64,000 nt of DNA from a virus, in the IMG/VR virus record IMGVR_UViG_3300042303_000421, positions 1-64,000 of that record. One strand, given 5' to 3'. The notes beneath the pieces are model-generated. The model was given only the letters and a program-made list of their open reading frames with translations, ran no database searches and had not been told where the DNA came from. Position 1 is the first letter of the stretch. Each line of letters starts with the position of its first letter. The position numbers and the translations under genes are program-made. Shown here piece after piece: positions 28,413-38,611 of this stretch.

Positions 28413-29215
28413 TGGCACTAACTGACTTTGACGAATACGTAGACAAGCTAAAAGAAAACAGGGTCGCTGATTTTAGCACCAGCACAATAAGAATAGTGAG
28501 ACCGAATGCAAATTGGCAATACTTTAACCCTGCTCCTGCTACACCAACAACAAGCGTTGCATTAGACAAAAATTCTGCACAATCAATGGGCCCTATACCT
28601 GCTGTATCAACAGGTAAATTGACAATGTTAGGGGCAAGGATTAGCACTACAAATTATGGTGCAGCATCAATGATGGTTGTTGATTTGTTAAATGTTAGCG
28701 GAGGACTGAACGGAACTTTAACAACACCTCAAACAACTAATCTTCCAACCGCAGCATTAACAAGATATACATCGGGTGAGGGAGTTATGGCAGGAATTGT
28801 AGTATATGGCATTATTGGCACAACACAAACAACGGTAACAATAAGCTACACAAATTCAGCAGGCGTGAGTGGTAGAATATCTACTGCTACAATAATCGGT
28901 GGAGGGTTTTATCGAGAAGTAGGTATCCTTATTCCTATTCCTTTACAAGGATCAGATAAAGGATTTAGAAGTATTGAGTCAGTAACTCTTGCGGGAACAA
29001 CAGGATCGGCAGGAAACTTTGGGGTGTGTATGTTTAAACCGTTGGCAATGATTTCATTGGAAAGTGCAACAGGTGCAATGCCATTAGATGCAGTTAGTAC
29101 AGGTTGCATAATTAATTCACTTTGTGAAATTCATCCTGATGCTTGTTTAACTTTTAGTGCTGTTACAGTAGTAAATTTTGGAATAACAGGTGCATTAATT
29201 TTAGGAGAAGTATAA
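28412..29215 (+). CDS. Putative virion/tail-tip protein (paralog of 27564-28412)
   Basis: Shared motifs with previous gene; TAATG coupling. Confidence 0.7.
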   Translation: MALTDFDEYVDKLKENRVADFSTSTIRIVRPNANWQYFNPAPATPTTSVALDKNSAQSMGPIPAVSTGKLTMLGARISTTNYGAASMMVVDLLNVSGGLNGTLTTPQTTNLPTAALTRYTSGEGVMAGIVVYGIIGTTQTTVTISYTNSAGVSGRISTATIIGGGFYREVGILIPIPLQGSDKGFRSIESVTLAGTTGSAGNFGVCMFKPLAMISLESATGAMPLDAVSTGCIINSLCEIHPDACLTFSAVTVVNFGITGALILGEV

Positions 29216-29216
29216 A

Positions 29217-29420
29217 ATGGCAACAAGGAGGTTATATGATGGTGCAACGATTGAGATAGGGCAAATTCCTATTGTGGGAGCAGGAGTGCCTCCAATTGCA
29301 GGAACAATAGCATGGATTAAGGTTGCAGGAGTATGGAAGGAAGCTACTGTTCATATAAAAGTAGCAGGAGTTTGGAAAATAGCAACGCCAAATATAAAAG
29401 TTGCAGGAGTTTGGAAATAA
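29217..29420 (+). CDS. Small tail-associated protein with 3x IKVAGVWK
   Basis: 13-aa periodic repeat. Confidence 0.7.
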   Translation: MATRRLYDGATIEIGQIPIVGAGVPPIAGTIAWIKVAGVWKEATVHIKVAGVWKIATPNIKVAGVWK

Positions 29421-29435
29421 TTAAAATACAGAAAT

Positions 29436-29843
29436 ATGAAATTTAGATTTATAAAATTATTATTAGAAGCTTATAAAACTTCAAATTTTAAATTGCATTT
29501 AATATTAGGAACAGGAATATCTTTAATGTTATTACCTTATGAAAGAGCTTTTATTTTACAATTTTTAATAGCAATTATTTTTACAACAGTAATTGCAGGA
29601 ATATTAGAGTATGGACAAAAAATATTTTTTCCTAAAGCTATTCCAGATATGAGAGATGTAATAACTACAGGTATATATGGAGGATTTTCAGGATGGTTAA
29701 TTCATCAAATTATTTATGGATTTACATTATATTCTGAAAACTTACCAAAAGATAATATATTTTTATCAACACAATTTTTTACAGGATTAGGATTAGTTGT
29801 GATATCAATAACATTATGGATTATTAAACAATTTAAAAAATAA
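29436..29843 (+). CDS. Multi-pass membrane protein
   Basis: About four hydrophobic segments, H...G, E..Q, D..D pattern reminiscent of VanZ-like proteins. Confidence 0.6.
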   Translation: MKFRFIKLLLEAYKTSNFKLHLILGTGISLMLLPYERAFILQFLIAIIFTTVIAGILEYGQKIFFPKAIPDMRDVITTGIYGGFSGWLIHQIIYGFTLYSENLPKDNIFLSTQFFTGLGLVVISITLWIIKQFKK

Positions 29844-29845
29844 AA

Positions 29846-30274
29846 ATGATTACAGTTTTAAAAGAATTTTTTTTTAATAACTGGTATACAGTTGTAACAA
29901 CAATTGCTATACCTATTGCTTGGATTTTTGGAGGTAAAGAAAAACAAAAAGTTGAATTAAAAAAATCTAATGCTGATGCTGTTTCAACAATGCAAAGTGT
30001 ATATGATCATTTTTTAGAAGATTATAAAACAAGAATGAATGAAGTAATGTTAGAATTAGATCGTGTAAGAGAACATAATAAATCTTTACAAAATCAATTT
30101 AATAACATACAACTTCAATATGCAAAAGAAATTGAAACATCACAAAATTGGGAAAAATTACATAGAGAATTAAAAGGTCAGTATATGGAATTAGAAAAAC
30201 ATTATATGACATTACAAAAAGATCACGATAAACTTAAAAAAGAATTTGAACAATATAAAAAACAAAATTCATAA
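29846..30274 (+). CDS. Putative holin (one TM plus coiled coil)
   Basis: N-terminal hydrophobic segment, coupled to endolysin. Confidence 0.5.
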   Translation: MITVLKEFFFNNWYTVVTTIAIPIAWIFGGKEKQKVELKKSNADAVSTMQSVYDHFLEDYKTRMNEVMLELDRVREHNKSLQNQFNNIQLQYAKEIETSQNWEKLHRELKGQYMELEKHYMTLQKDHDKLKKEFEQYKKQNS

Positions 30275-30762
30275 TGCCAAAAGCTAAAGATATTAAAAGT
30301 ATAGTAATACATTGTTCTGCAGGATTTAGTAAACGAAAAGATATAGAAGCTTTTTGGAAATCTAAAGGTTGGAAAGCACCAGGTTATCATAGACTTGTTG
30401 AAGTAGATGGTAAAATTGAAAAGCTTGCAGAATTTAACACAATTACTAATGGAGTATTAGGTTTTAATAGTTCCACTTTACATATTTGTTATGTAGGTGG
30501 AATTGAAGTAAGTGGTACAAAAGAAAAACCTATTTACAAGAGTAAGGATACACGAACTGCTGCTCAAAAGCAATCTATATTAAAATGTATAGAAGAAGCT
30601 TTACAATGGCTTAAAATGAACGGTAATACTAATAAAATAACAATTAAAGGTCATAGAGATTTCTCACCAGATAAAAATGGTAATGGAGTTATTGAAAGTT
30701 GGGAAAGAATTAAAGAATGTCCTAGTTTTGATGCTATAGCTGAATATAAACATTTAACATGA
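30274..30762 (+). CDS. Endolysin, N-acetylmuramoyl-L-alanine amidase (T7-lysozyme type)
   Basis: IVIHCSA, GYH, ICYVGG, GHRD, K.CP.FD. Confidence 0.92.
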   Translation: MPKAKDIKSIVIHCSAGFSKRKDIEAFWKSKGWKAPGYHRLVEVDGKIEKLAEFNTITNGVLGFNSSTLHICYVGGIEVSGTKEKPIYKSKDTRTAAQKQSILKCIEEALQWLKMNGNTNKITIKGHRDFSPDKNGNGVIESWERIKECPSFDAIAEYKHLT

Positions 30763-31439
30763 AAAAAGTATTAATAATTATTTTTAGTTTAATTACTATT
30801 TTATCTTGTGGTCCAAAAACAAAAACTCAAACAGAAAATCAATCACAAATTTCTGCTCAAGAAATTACTCAACAAGAAAAAATAAAACAAGCTGAAAGTA
30901 AAAGATTAGATTCAATTAGAGTTGTATTAAAAGAAGAATTATTAAAAGAATTTAATCAAAAATATAATGAAAGTTCTTCTGAAGAAAATACTAGAAAAAC
31001 TACAACAGAAGTAACTGAAACACTTAAAAATCCATTAGAAGGTTTTAGACCTGTAGGTAATGGTGATATTTATATAAATGATTCCAATGGACAACTTTTA
31101 GAAAGAAAAACTAAAACTATTATTGAGGAAAAATTTAAAAAAGAACAACAAAAAGAAATTGAAACAAAACGTATTGAACAAGAGAAAAAAGTAAAAGATT
31201 CTGTTGCTAAAATTAAGTATATTGATTCTACTGTTGAAAAAGTAGTAGAAAAACATATGTTACAATATGAAAAGAAAGATAAAGCAAAAGTTAAAGTAAA
31301 TGAAAAAAAAGGATTTCAATTAGGATTTTGGGGTTGGTTTTGGATTATATTAATTATACTAATTATACTTGCTTTTACAGTATTTAGAAAATGGTTATTA
31401 ATACAATTTCCTTTTTTAAGATTGTTAATAAAAAGTTAA
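30759..31439 (+). CDS. Putative unimolecular spanin
   Basis: Lipoprotein signal (ILS-C) and C-terminal TM helix, directly after endolysin. Confidence 0.65.
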   Translation: MKKVLIIIFSLITILSCGPKTKTQTENQSQISAQEITQQEKIKQAESKRLDSIRVVLKEELLKEFNQKYNESSSEENTRKTTTEVTETLKNPLEGFRPVGNGDIYINDSNGQLLERKTKTIIEEKFKKEQQKEIETKRIEQEKKVKDSVAKIKYIDSTVEKVVEKHMLQYEKKDKAKVKVNEKKGFQLGFWGWFWIILIILIILAFTVFRKWLLIQFPFLRLLIKS

Positions 31440-31443
31440 ATGA

Positions 31444-31475
31444 TTAGGAATTATCAAATATATTTTGTACCTTTG
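31444..31475 (+). promoter_or_regulatory. Bacteroidota-type promoter
   Basis: TTAG 31444-31447, N20, TACCTTTG 31468-31475. Confidence 0.7.
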
Positions 31476-31504
31476 TACAATATATATTAATTTAAATTAA
31501 AAAT

Positions 31505-32476
31505 ATGAGTATTAAACAAATTAAAGAATTTTTAAGAAATCGTCCAGGATATTTAAAAGAAGGTGGAAAAAGATTATCTAAACGTTTACAAGGATCTACA
31601 ATAGCTCAATGTAAACAAGCAATTAGAGAAGTTAATGCTGAATTACCAGGTAAAGATAATAAAACATTTAAATTAATTTTAAATGAACCATGGCAACCTA
31701 CTAAAATTAAAAGATTATTTTATGATATTGAAACTTCTTATAATATAGGATGGTTTTGGAGAGCAGGTTATAATCAAACAATTACTCCTGATCAAATTAT
31801 ACATGAAAGAGCAATTATTACTATTGCTTGGAAATGGGAAGGAGAAGATCAAGTATACTGTAAAGAATGGAATAATGGATGTGATAAAGAATTAATTCAA
31901 ACATTTATTGGTTTAATGAACGAAGCTGATGAAATTATAGGTCATAATATTGAAAGATATGATACTGCATTTATAATGACAAGAGCTTTAAAACATGGAA
32001 TTTTAACACTACCTAAATATAAACAATTTGATACTCTTAAAAAAGCAAAATATCATTTTAATTTTAATTCAAATAAATTAGATTATATTGCAACATTTTT
32101 AGGATTAGGTGGTAAATATAAACACTCAGGATTATCAATGTGGAATGATATTGTAATGTATGATGTGTTTGGTAAAGGTTCTAAAGAACAAAGAGATACT
32201 TCAATGAAAGAAATGGTACATTATAATATGATTGATGTTGCATTAACTGAAGAAGTTTATCAAAGATTAAGATTATATTCTACACATGAAACACATCATG
32301 GAGTTATATTAGGAAAACCTAAGTTTACATGTCCTAATGATGGTTCAGAAAATGTAGAACTAATTAAAACTATTGTTACTGCATCAGGAACTATTAAAAG
32401 ATTAATGCAATGTAATGATTGTGGTCAACAATACTTTATAAGTAATAAAGATTATTTAAAATTTTTAAACACATAA
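31505..32476 (+). CDS. DnaQ/RNase H-like 3'-5' exonuclease with C-terminal Zn ribbon
   Basis: YDIET, GHN...YD, DT, N.LD, Y...DV motifs; CP.D...C.DC. Confidence 0.85.
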   Translation: MSIKQIKEFLRNRPGYLKEGGKRLSKRLQGSTIAQCKQAIREVNAELPGKDNKTFKLILNEPWQPTKIKRLFYDIETSYNIGWFWRAGYNQTITPDQIIHERAIITIAWKWEGEDQVYCKEWNNGCDKELIQTFIGLMNEADEIIGHNIERYDTAFIMTRALKHGILTLPKYKQFDTLKKAKYHFNFNSNKLDYIATFLGLGGKYKHSGLSMWNDIVMYDVFGKGSKEQRDTSMKEMVHYNMIDVALTEEVYQRLRLYSTHETHHGVILGKPKFTCPNDGSENVELIKTIVTASGTIKRLMQCNDCGQQYFISNKDYLKFLNT

Positions 32477-32485
32477 CAAATTAGA

Positions 32486-32509
32486 GCCTCTCCATGGAGA
32501 GGTTTTTTT
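32486..32509 (+). terminator. Intrinsic terminator
   Basis: GCCTCTCCATGGAGAGGT plus T-run. Confidence 0.8.
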
Positions 32510-32521
32510 ATTTATATACAT

Positions 32522-33202
32522 ATGATATTATCAAAATTAATTTACGATGTACGAGAAGGTATAAAACAATACCAAGACGATACAGAAATAGATGATAGAC
32601 ACATTATACATCTATTTAATATTAAACGAGCTAAATATTTAAGACAAGAACTTAATAATTTACAAAGAAGTGTAGATATTTCTATAACACAAAGTTTTTG
32701 TGAAGGATTAGAAGAAGTGTCTATAAATCAATGTAATTTAGATTTTGTTTGTGGAAAAATACTTAGAACTAAAAGACCTATTCCACAAGCATTAGAATTA
32801 CATTTAGCACCTGCAATCACAAGTGTTAAACCTACAAACATAACAAGTTTACCTTTTAATTTTTTACCTAAAGAAAGAGCTTTATATCATCAATTTTCAC
32901 CATTTAAAAATAGTATTTATTCTTTTTTAAATGATGATGGTTATATTTATTTAATTAGTGAAAATAAAGCTTTAAGATTAATTGAATGTATAACTGTTTC
33001 AGGAGTATTTGAAGATCCTTTAGAATTAAAAATTTATAATAATTGTTGTGGATGTGAAACACCTGCACCTTGTTTTGATATAAATTCTACAGATTATCCT
33101 TTACAATCACATTATATAGATTTAATTAAAATGGAAATTATAAGTGAATATGTAAAACTTTTACAAATACCTGAAGATAAAACTAATGATTCAAATGACT
33201 AA
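32522..33202 (+). CDS. Putative tail ring protein
   Basis: R...L.Q, G.FEDP, DYPL, D..ND pattern of crAss-like ring proteins. Confidence 0.6.
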   Translation: MILSKLIYDVREGIKQYQDDTEIDDRHIIHLFNIKRAKYLRQELNNLQRSVDISITQSFCEGLEEVSINQCNLDFVCGKILRTKRPIPQALELHLAPAITSVKPTNITSLPFNFLPKERALYHQFSPFKNSIYSFLNDDGYIYLISENKALRLIECITVSGVFEDPLELKIYNNCCGCETPAPCFDINSTDYPLQSHYIDLIKMEIISEYVKLLQIPEDKTNDSND

Positions 33203-33704
33203 GAAATCTAATAATAAAATTCAAGTTCATTATGGAATTACTGATTATTATAAATATTATAAAGATAAATATAAAAATCATGTTTCTTCAAAAAAATATA
33301 ATAAAATTATTTCAGATTTTAATAATGAAATTATTAATTTAATTTTAAATGAGAATATAGAATATTATATGAATCATTTACATTTAGTTGTAGGTGTTAG
33401 AAAAGTTAAAAGAAGACCTCGTATTGTAAATGGAAAACTACGTAATACTGTACCTATTGATTGGAAAGTTACTAAAGAACTATGGCAATCTGATGAAGAA
33501 GCAAAAGAGAAAAAACTTCTTGTAAGATTTAATAATTCTCATACTTCTGGTTATATTTTTAGTATAAATCTTATTAAGGTAGGATTAGGTTTTAAAAATA
33601 AAAAATATTACAAATTTAAAGCAGCTAGAAATTTTGCTAGAGATTTAGCTAAAAGAATTAAAGATGAAGAAAAAGAAAGATATGACACTTATAAATTATA
33701 TTAA
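33186..33704 (+). CDS. IHF/HU-like basic protein of the crAss tail module
   Basis: Basic; IDWK.T..LW, N.HT.GY, F...R...R.LA; synteny before tail tube. Confidence 0.6.
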   Translation: MIQMTKKSNNKIQVHYGITDYYKYYKDKYKNHVSSKKYNKIISDFNNEIINLILNENIEYYMNHLHLVVGVRKVKRRPRIVNGKLRNTVPIDWKVTKELWQSDEEAKEKKLLVRFNNSHTSGYIFSINLIKVGLGFKNKKYYKFKAARNFARDLAKRIKDEEKERYDTYKLY

Positions 33705-33706
33705 AT

Positions 33707-34432
33707 ATGGCACATAATGGACAAATGATTGGTATGGGTGAAATCTTATGGAGAGTATTAAGACAACCTTTACTTAAAGATTTAAAATATGAAGAAGCAG
33801 CTGAATATGCTTTAGAATGTATTCCTTTATTAGGAGCACCTATGGCTTTAGTTGAAAAAGTTACAGATCCTATTCCAATAGAATCATTTAAATCACCACT
33901 ACCTTGTGATTTAACACAAATTAGAGGAGTTAGATATTTAGGATTAGATGGTTGTCAAGATCCAATTGCTATGAGAGAAGCTACTAATTTATATCATAAA
34001 AGTCAAAATGAATTAAATAGTGAACTTGAATTAATTAGAGAATATACTTATTCAATTCAAAATGGTATTATATTTACTTCTCGTGAAGAAGGTTTTATTG
34101 AAATTTCATATAGAGCAATTGCTACAGATGAAAATGAATTTCCTTTAATACCTAATACTGAAAAAGTTAAATTAGCATTAGAATATTATATAATGTTTAG
34201 ATATTTAGAACAATTATTTTCAGTAGGTAAAATAACTGATAAAGTATTTCAATATTATGAACAAAAAAAATGTTGGTATATGGGAGCAGCTAATACTGAT
34301 TTACAAATGCCTACAATAGATAAAATGGAATCTATGATGAATGCTATTAATAGATTAATTATTAATGATAAAGCTCATGAATCATTTTATAAAAACTTTG
34401 GAATGAAAGAATATATAAAAGATAATAGATAA
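33707..34432 (+). CDS. Tail tubular protein
   Basis: LPCD, Y.I....I.T, ISY.A...D...PLIP, AL..YI; upstream of muzzle gene. Confidence 0.7.
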   Translation: MAHNGQMIGMGEILWRVLRQPLLKDLKYEEAAEYALECIPLLGAPMALVEKVTDPIPIESFKSPLPCDLTQIRGVRYLGLDGCQDPIAMREATNLYHKSQNELNSELELIREYTYSIQNGIIFTSREEGFIEISYRAIATDENEFPLIPNTEKVKLALEYYIMFRYLEQLFSVGKITDKVFQYYEQKKCWYMGAANTDLQMPTIDKMESMMNAINRLIINDKAHESFYKNFGMKEYIKDNR

Positions 34433-37400
34433 TGAATAAAGCAACAAAAATTACGTATAATGGTGGTATGAATAAAGATATTAGTAAATCTAAATTTCAA
34501 CCACAATTTTATTTTGAAGGTAAAAATATACGAATTATTGCAACTGATTCACAAAGTACAGGTTCTGTAACTAATGAAAAAGGTAATAGTCTGATATTAG
34601 AATTACCAAGTATAGTAATTAATGACGGTGTTATTACATATGGTAATAAAACATTATTATATACTACAAATGAATTAACAAATTCAACATCTACAGAACA
34701 AGTAATTATAGGACATTCTTATAATAGAGAATGTTTTATATTATTTACAACAGATAATAATGGTATTGATTGTATTTGGAAATTAAATGAAAGTGATTTT
34801 GATTTAAGATTACTTTATGTAAGAAATTTAAATTTTTCTTCTAATTATCCAATATGGGCATTATCAAATTTTGAAAATAAAAAAATTGATAAAGTATATT
34901 GGGTAGATGGTGTAAATCAAATGAGATTTTTAAATATTAATCATTCTATATCAAATGGAGATTTAGAACAATTAATAGATATACCTGTAACAACTATTAA
35001 CCAAGTAAGTAATTTTAATTTATCACAACCTCAAATAACTGATAAATTAGTTGGAGGAAATCATACTTCAGGTATGATACAATATGCTTACAATTTATAC
35101 AGAATTAATTCTTCTCAAACTAAAATTAGTCCTTTATCTGAATTAATATCTTTAGATAAAAGTACTTTAGGTGGTGGAGAAGTTAATGAAGTAGTAAGTA
35201 CTACACCTATAATATATATACCAAGTATTGATAAAAATTATACTAATTTAAAATTATATTCTATAAAATATACTTCTTATAATCAAATACCTGAAATTAG
35301 TTTACTTTTAGATACAGATATCACAAACAATGAAGATTTAACTTATTATGATGATGGTAATATAATTCAAAATGTATCTTTAGAACAATTTACTTTTTTA
35401 GGTTCAGATATTATTATACCTAAACATATTAATTCTAAAGATAATAGATTATTTTCAGCAAATTATGAAGAAAAAAATTATAATATAGATCTTGATTGCA
35501 GAGCATATAGTTTTCAAGCATTAGGTAATTCAAAAGTAGTAGATAGATTTGAAACAGTTGGTTCTAATCCATTATTTCCAATAGAAGAAATAACAATAGA
35601 TTTTACTACTCCTAATTATGATTCTATTCCTTTAAATCATTCATCAATCAATAAAGATTATGATAAGTATAAATATACTAATAATGGTATTCAATTAGGT
35701 GGTGAAGGTAAATATTTAAAATATGAATTAAAAAGAAGACAAGATTTAACTTTAAAAGCAGATAATGTTTTTAAAGATAATGAAATATACAGAATAGGAC
35801 TTCAATTTTATAATTTAAAAGGACAAATTAGTTTACCTAAATGGATTGCTGATTTTAAAACTCATCCTAATAATTTAGATCAATCTAATTTAAATGGATG
35901 GTTTTCTTATTTAGAAATAACATTAAAATCTGAATTTTACACATGGTTAAATGATTCAAATAATTTTTTAACTGATGAAGGTAATTATGATGAAGAATTA
36001 AAACCTGTAGGTTATAAGATACTTAGAGCAGATAGAACTTTAAATGATAAAACTATTATTTGTCAAGGTATTATAAATACAATGATGTCTATGGGTCGTC
36101 ATGGTGGTGATGGATTTAATGTTAGTGATTTTGGAGAAAATTATGGACTAATTAATACTAATAATGAAATTTCAGCAGACAATGGGTTAAAAATGCCTTC
36201 TTTAATGAGAAGAATAGATAGTTATTTATCTCCTATTCATGGTATGGATAATTATTCTAAACTAGATAGACAAATTCCATTTCATCCTCAATCATCAGCA
36301 TTAGATAGTTCTCCTTCAAATGAAGTTTATAAATCAACATCTTCTTCTGGATGGATTAAAGATTTTTGGCAATATAATCATATGATGCAATTATTTTCTC
36401 CTGAAATATTATTTGATAATATTAATAACATTAATATAAATAGTAAATTAAAAATAATAGGAGGAATAGAAAATAATAACAATGAATGGTGGTCACAACT
36501 TAGAAATCCAGAAACAAAAGAAACTGCTTATGAAGCTAAAGGAAGTAATTCATTAACTCCTTGGGATATTAAATGTTCAGAAACTTTAGGAACATTAGTT
36601 AAATCTATAGCAGATCCTTATCAAAATTTTAAATATGGATTAATAGCAACTAATGAAGGATATACTCCTTTTAGTCAATATTTAAGAGAATATAAAGGAA
36701 ACTTTAAAAGATCTTTAGCAAACACCAGTAATCCATATAATACATTAATTTTTGGAGGTAGAGAATATGATTTCTACGGAACACCAATAATAACAGAAAA
36801 AGGACAAGGAAGAACTGTTTATAATAATGATATAAATTATGCTTATTCAAATTCATGGCAACCTATATTAACTGACGATAGTGTTAGTGCTCCTGCTGTA
36901 ATTGGAGCTAATTCTTACGGAGCTAAAAATTTAACTTTTGTTTTGGGACTAGGAACAAGTATTCTTCCAAAAAATAGAATTAATTATAAAAATCTTCATA
37001 CTCATACTTTATTAACAGATCAAGATATTTCTTTAATAGGAGAAATTAAAATACCAGAGATTCAAATATACATAGGAAATATATACGGAGGAAATACTTA
37101 TGAATCTAAAAAAAGAACTAATTATATTGAAATAGGAGAATATATAAATATTAACAATTCTAATATTATAATTTATAATCCTGGTGATACTTTTATAAAT
37201 GATTTTAAATTTACAAAATTAGTAAAAACTGATGTTGAAAAATATGGAATAAATACAATGCAAACTACAGAAATTGTAAGTGTACGTATTGAAACTTCTG
37301 TAAATTTAAAAAATAGAAATGATTCAAGTATAGGAGCGTGGGATAGTATATTTCAAACTAGATATGATGATTTTCATAAATATAATAAAGTATATTCACA

Positions 37401-38505
37401 ACAACCTAATTTATTTTTAAGAAAAGACTTAAATTATAATTTTAAAAAAGAAAATATTTATGATGCTAATGTAATTGCTTCTAGTCTTAAATCTCCTGGA
37501 GAATTAATTGATAGTTGGACTAATTTACTTCCAAATGAAGTTCTTTCATTAGATGGTAAATATGGACCTATTACACATCTACATAATTTTAAAGATGAAC
37601 TTTATACTTTTCAAGATAATGGTGTAGCTTTTTTATCTATTAATCCTAGAGTACAAGTACAAGGTTCAGATGGTATATCTGTAGAATTAGGTTCTGGTCA
37701 AGTATTACAAGAGTATAAATATATTAGTACAGATTCAGGTACATTAAATAAATGGTCAGTTGTAAATAGTCCACAAACATTTTATTTTTATGATTTAAAT
37801 AATAAATCTATTAAAATGTTTAATAATGGAGCTAGTAAATTATCAGATATAAAAGGATTACATTCATTTTTACAAAATAATACTACTGATGGTTTATTAA
37901 AAAATAATAATCCTATTTTAAGAGCTGGTATAACATCAGGATATGATTATATTAATAATGAGGCATTTATGACTTTTTTACAAGGAAATAAATCTTTTAC
38001 TATTAATTATAATGAATTAACTCAAAGCTTTATAAGTTTGTATGATTACTTACCTAATATGTATATTAGTAAAGGTAATAACTTTTTAGTAACACATCCT
38101 AATAATAAAAAAATATATAAACAGTATGCTGGACAATACAATGTATACTTTGATACATATTATCCTTCTTATATAACTTTAATGTTAAATCCTGAAGCAG
38201 ATTTAGATTGTGTATTTGATAATATTCAATTTAAATCAGAACTTTATTTAAATGATATTGATCAACCTGATGAAACATTAACTAAGATTCAAGCTTATAA
38301 TGAGTATCAAAACTCTGGTTTAATACCTTTAGAGTTGGGTAGAAATAAAAATCTTAGACGTAAGTTTAGAGATTGGCACGCATTAATACCTAGAGAAGGT
38401 AGAAATAGAATACGTAATCCTTGGGTTTATTTAAAATTACAATTAGATAATGAGGATAATTATAAGATGATTTTGCACGATATTATTTGTTACTATACAG
38501 TTTAA
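34432..38505 (+). CDS. Tail stabilisation/muzzle protein
   Basis: 1357 aa beta-rich; GMNKD, N.RI, YWVDG.N..R..N, D.WT, YG.I, R.R..W; synteny. Confidence 0.75.
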   Translation: MNKATKITYNGGMNKDISKSKFQPQFYFEGKNIRIIATDSQSTGSVTNEKGNSLILELPSIVINDGVITYGNKTLLYTTNELTNSTSTEQVIIGHSYNRECFILFTTDNNGIDCIWKLNESDFDLRLLYVRNLNFSSNYPIWALSNFENKKIDKVYWVDGVNQMRFLNINHSISNGDLEQLIDIPVTTINQVSNFNLSQPQITDKLVGGNHTSGMIQYAYNLYRINSSQTKISPLSELISLDKSTLGGGEVNEVVSTTPIIYIPSIDKNYTNLKLYSIKYTSYNQIPEISLLLDTDITNNEDLTYYDDGNIIQNVSLEQFTFLGSDIIIPKHINSKDNRLFSANYEEKNYNIDLDCRAYSFQALGNSKVVDRFETVGSNPLFPIEEITIDFTTPNYDSIPLNHSSINKDYDKYKYTNNGIQLGGEGKYLKYELKRRQDLTLKADNVFKDNEIYRIGLQFYNLKGQISLPKWIADFKTHPNNLDQSNLNGWFSYLEITLKSEFYTWLNDSNNFLTDEGNYDEELKPVGYKILRADRTLNDKTIICQGIINTMMSMGRHGGDGFNVSDFGENYGLINTNNEISADNGLKMPSLMRRIDSYLSPIHGMDNYSKLDRQIPFHPQSSALDSSPSNEVYKSTSSSGWIKDFWQYNHMMQLFSPEILFDNINNININSKLKIIGGIENNNNEWWSQLRNPETKETAYEAKGSNSLTPWDIKCSETLGTLVKSIADPYQNFKYGLIATNEGYTPFSQYLREYKGNFKRSLANTSNPYNTLIFGGREYDFYGTPIITEKGQGRTVYNNDINYAYSNSWQPILTDDSVSAPAVIGANSYGAKNLTFVLGLGTSILPKNRINYKNLHTHTLLTDQDISLIGEIKIPEIQIYIGNIYGGNTYESKKRTNYIEIGEYININNSNIIIYNPGDTFINDFKFTKLVKTDVEKYGINTMQTTEIVSVRIETSVNLKNRNDSSIGAWDSIFQTRYDDFHKYNKVYSQQPNLFLRKDLNYNFKKENIYDANVIASSLKSPGELIDSWTNLLPNEVLSLDGKYGPITHLHNFKDELYTFQDNGVAFLSINPRVQVQGSDGISVELGSGQVLQEYKYISTDSGTLNKWSVVNSPQTFYFYDLNNKSIKMFNNGASKLSDIKGLHSFLQNNTTDGLLKNNNPILRAGITSGYDYINNEAFMTFLQGNKSFTINYNELTQSFISLYDYLPNMYISKGNNFLVTHPNNKKIYKQYAGQYNVYFDTYYPSYITLMLNPEADLDCVFDNIQFKSELYLNDIDQPDETLTKIQAYNEYQNSGLIPLELGRNKNLRRKFRDWHALIPREGRNRIRNPWVYLKLQLDNEDNYKMILHDIICYYTV

Positions 38506-38560
38506 TTATAAACTATTAATAAAATAAGTATAAAATATATTGTTAAATAATTGTGAAAAA

Positions 38561-38592
38561 TTAGGAAATATAGAAAATATTTTGTATATTTG
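38561..38592 (+). promoter_or_regulatory. Bacteroidota-type promoter
   Basis: TTAG 38561-38564, N20, TATATTTG 38585-38592. Confidence 0.7.
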
Positions 38593-38611
38593 TATAAATT
38601 ATAAATAATTT

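Noticed and set aside
38511-38519. AACTATTAA as a fourth AGCTATTAG box
   Set aside because: Two mismatches and offset 74 rather than 68
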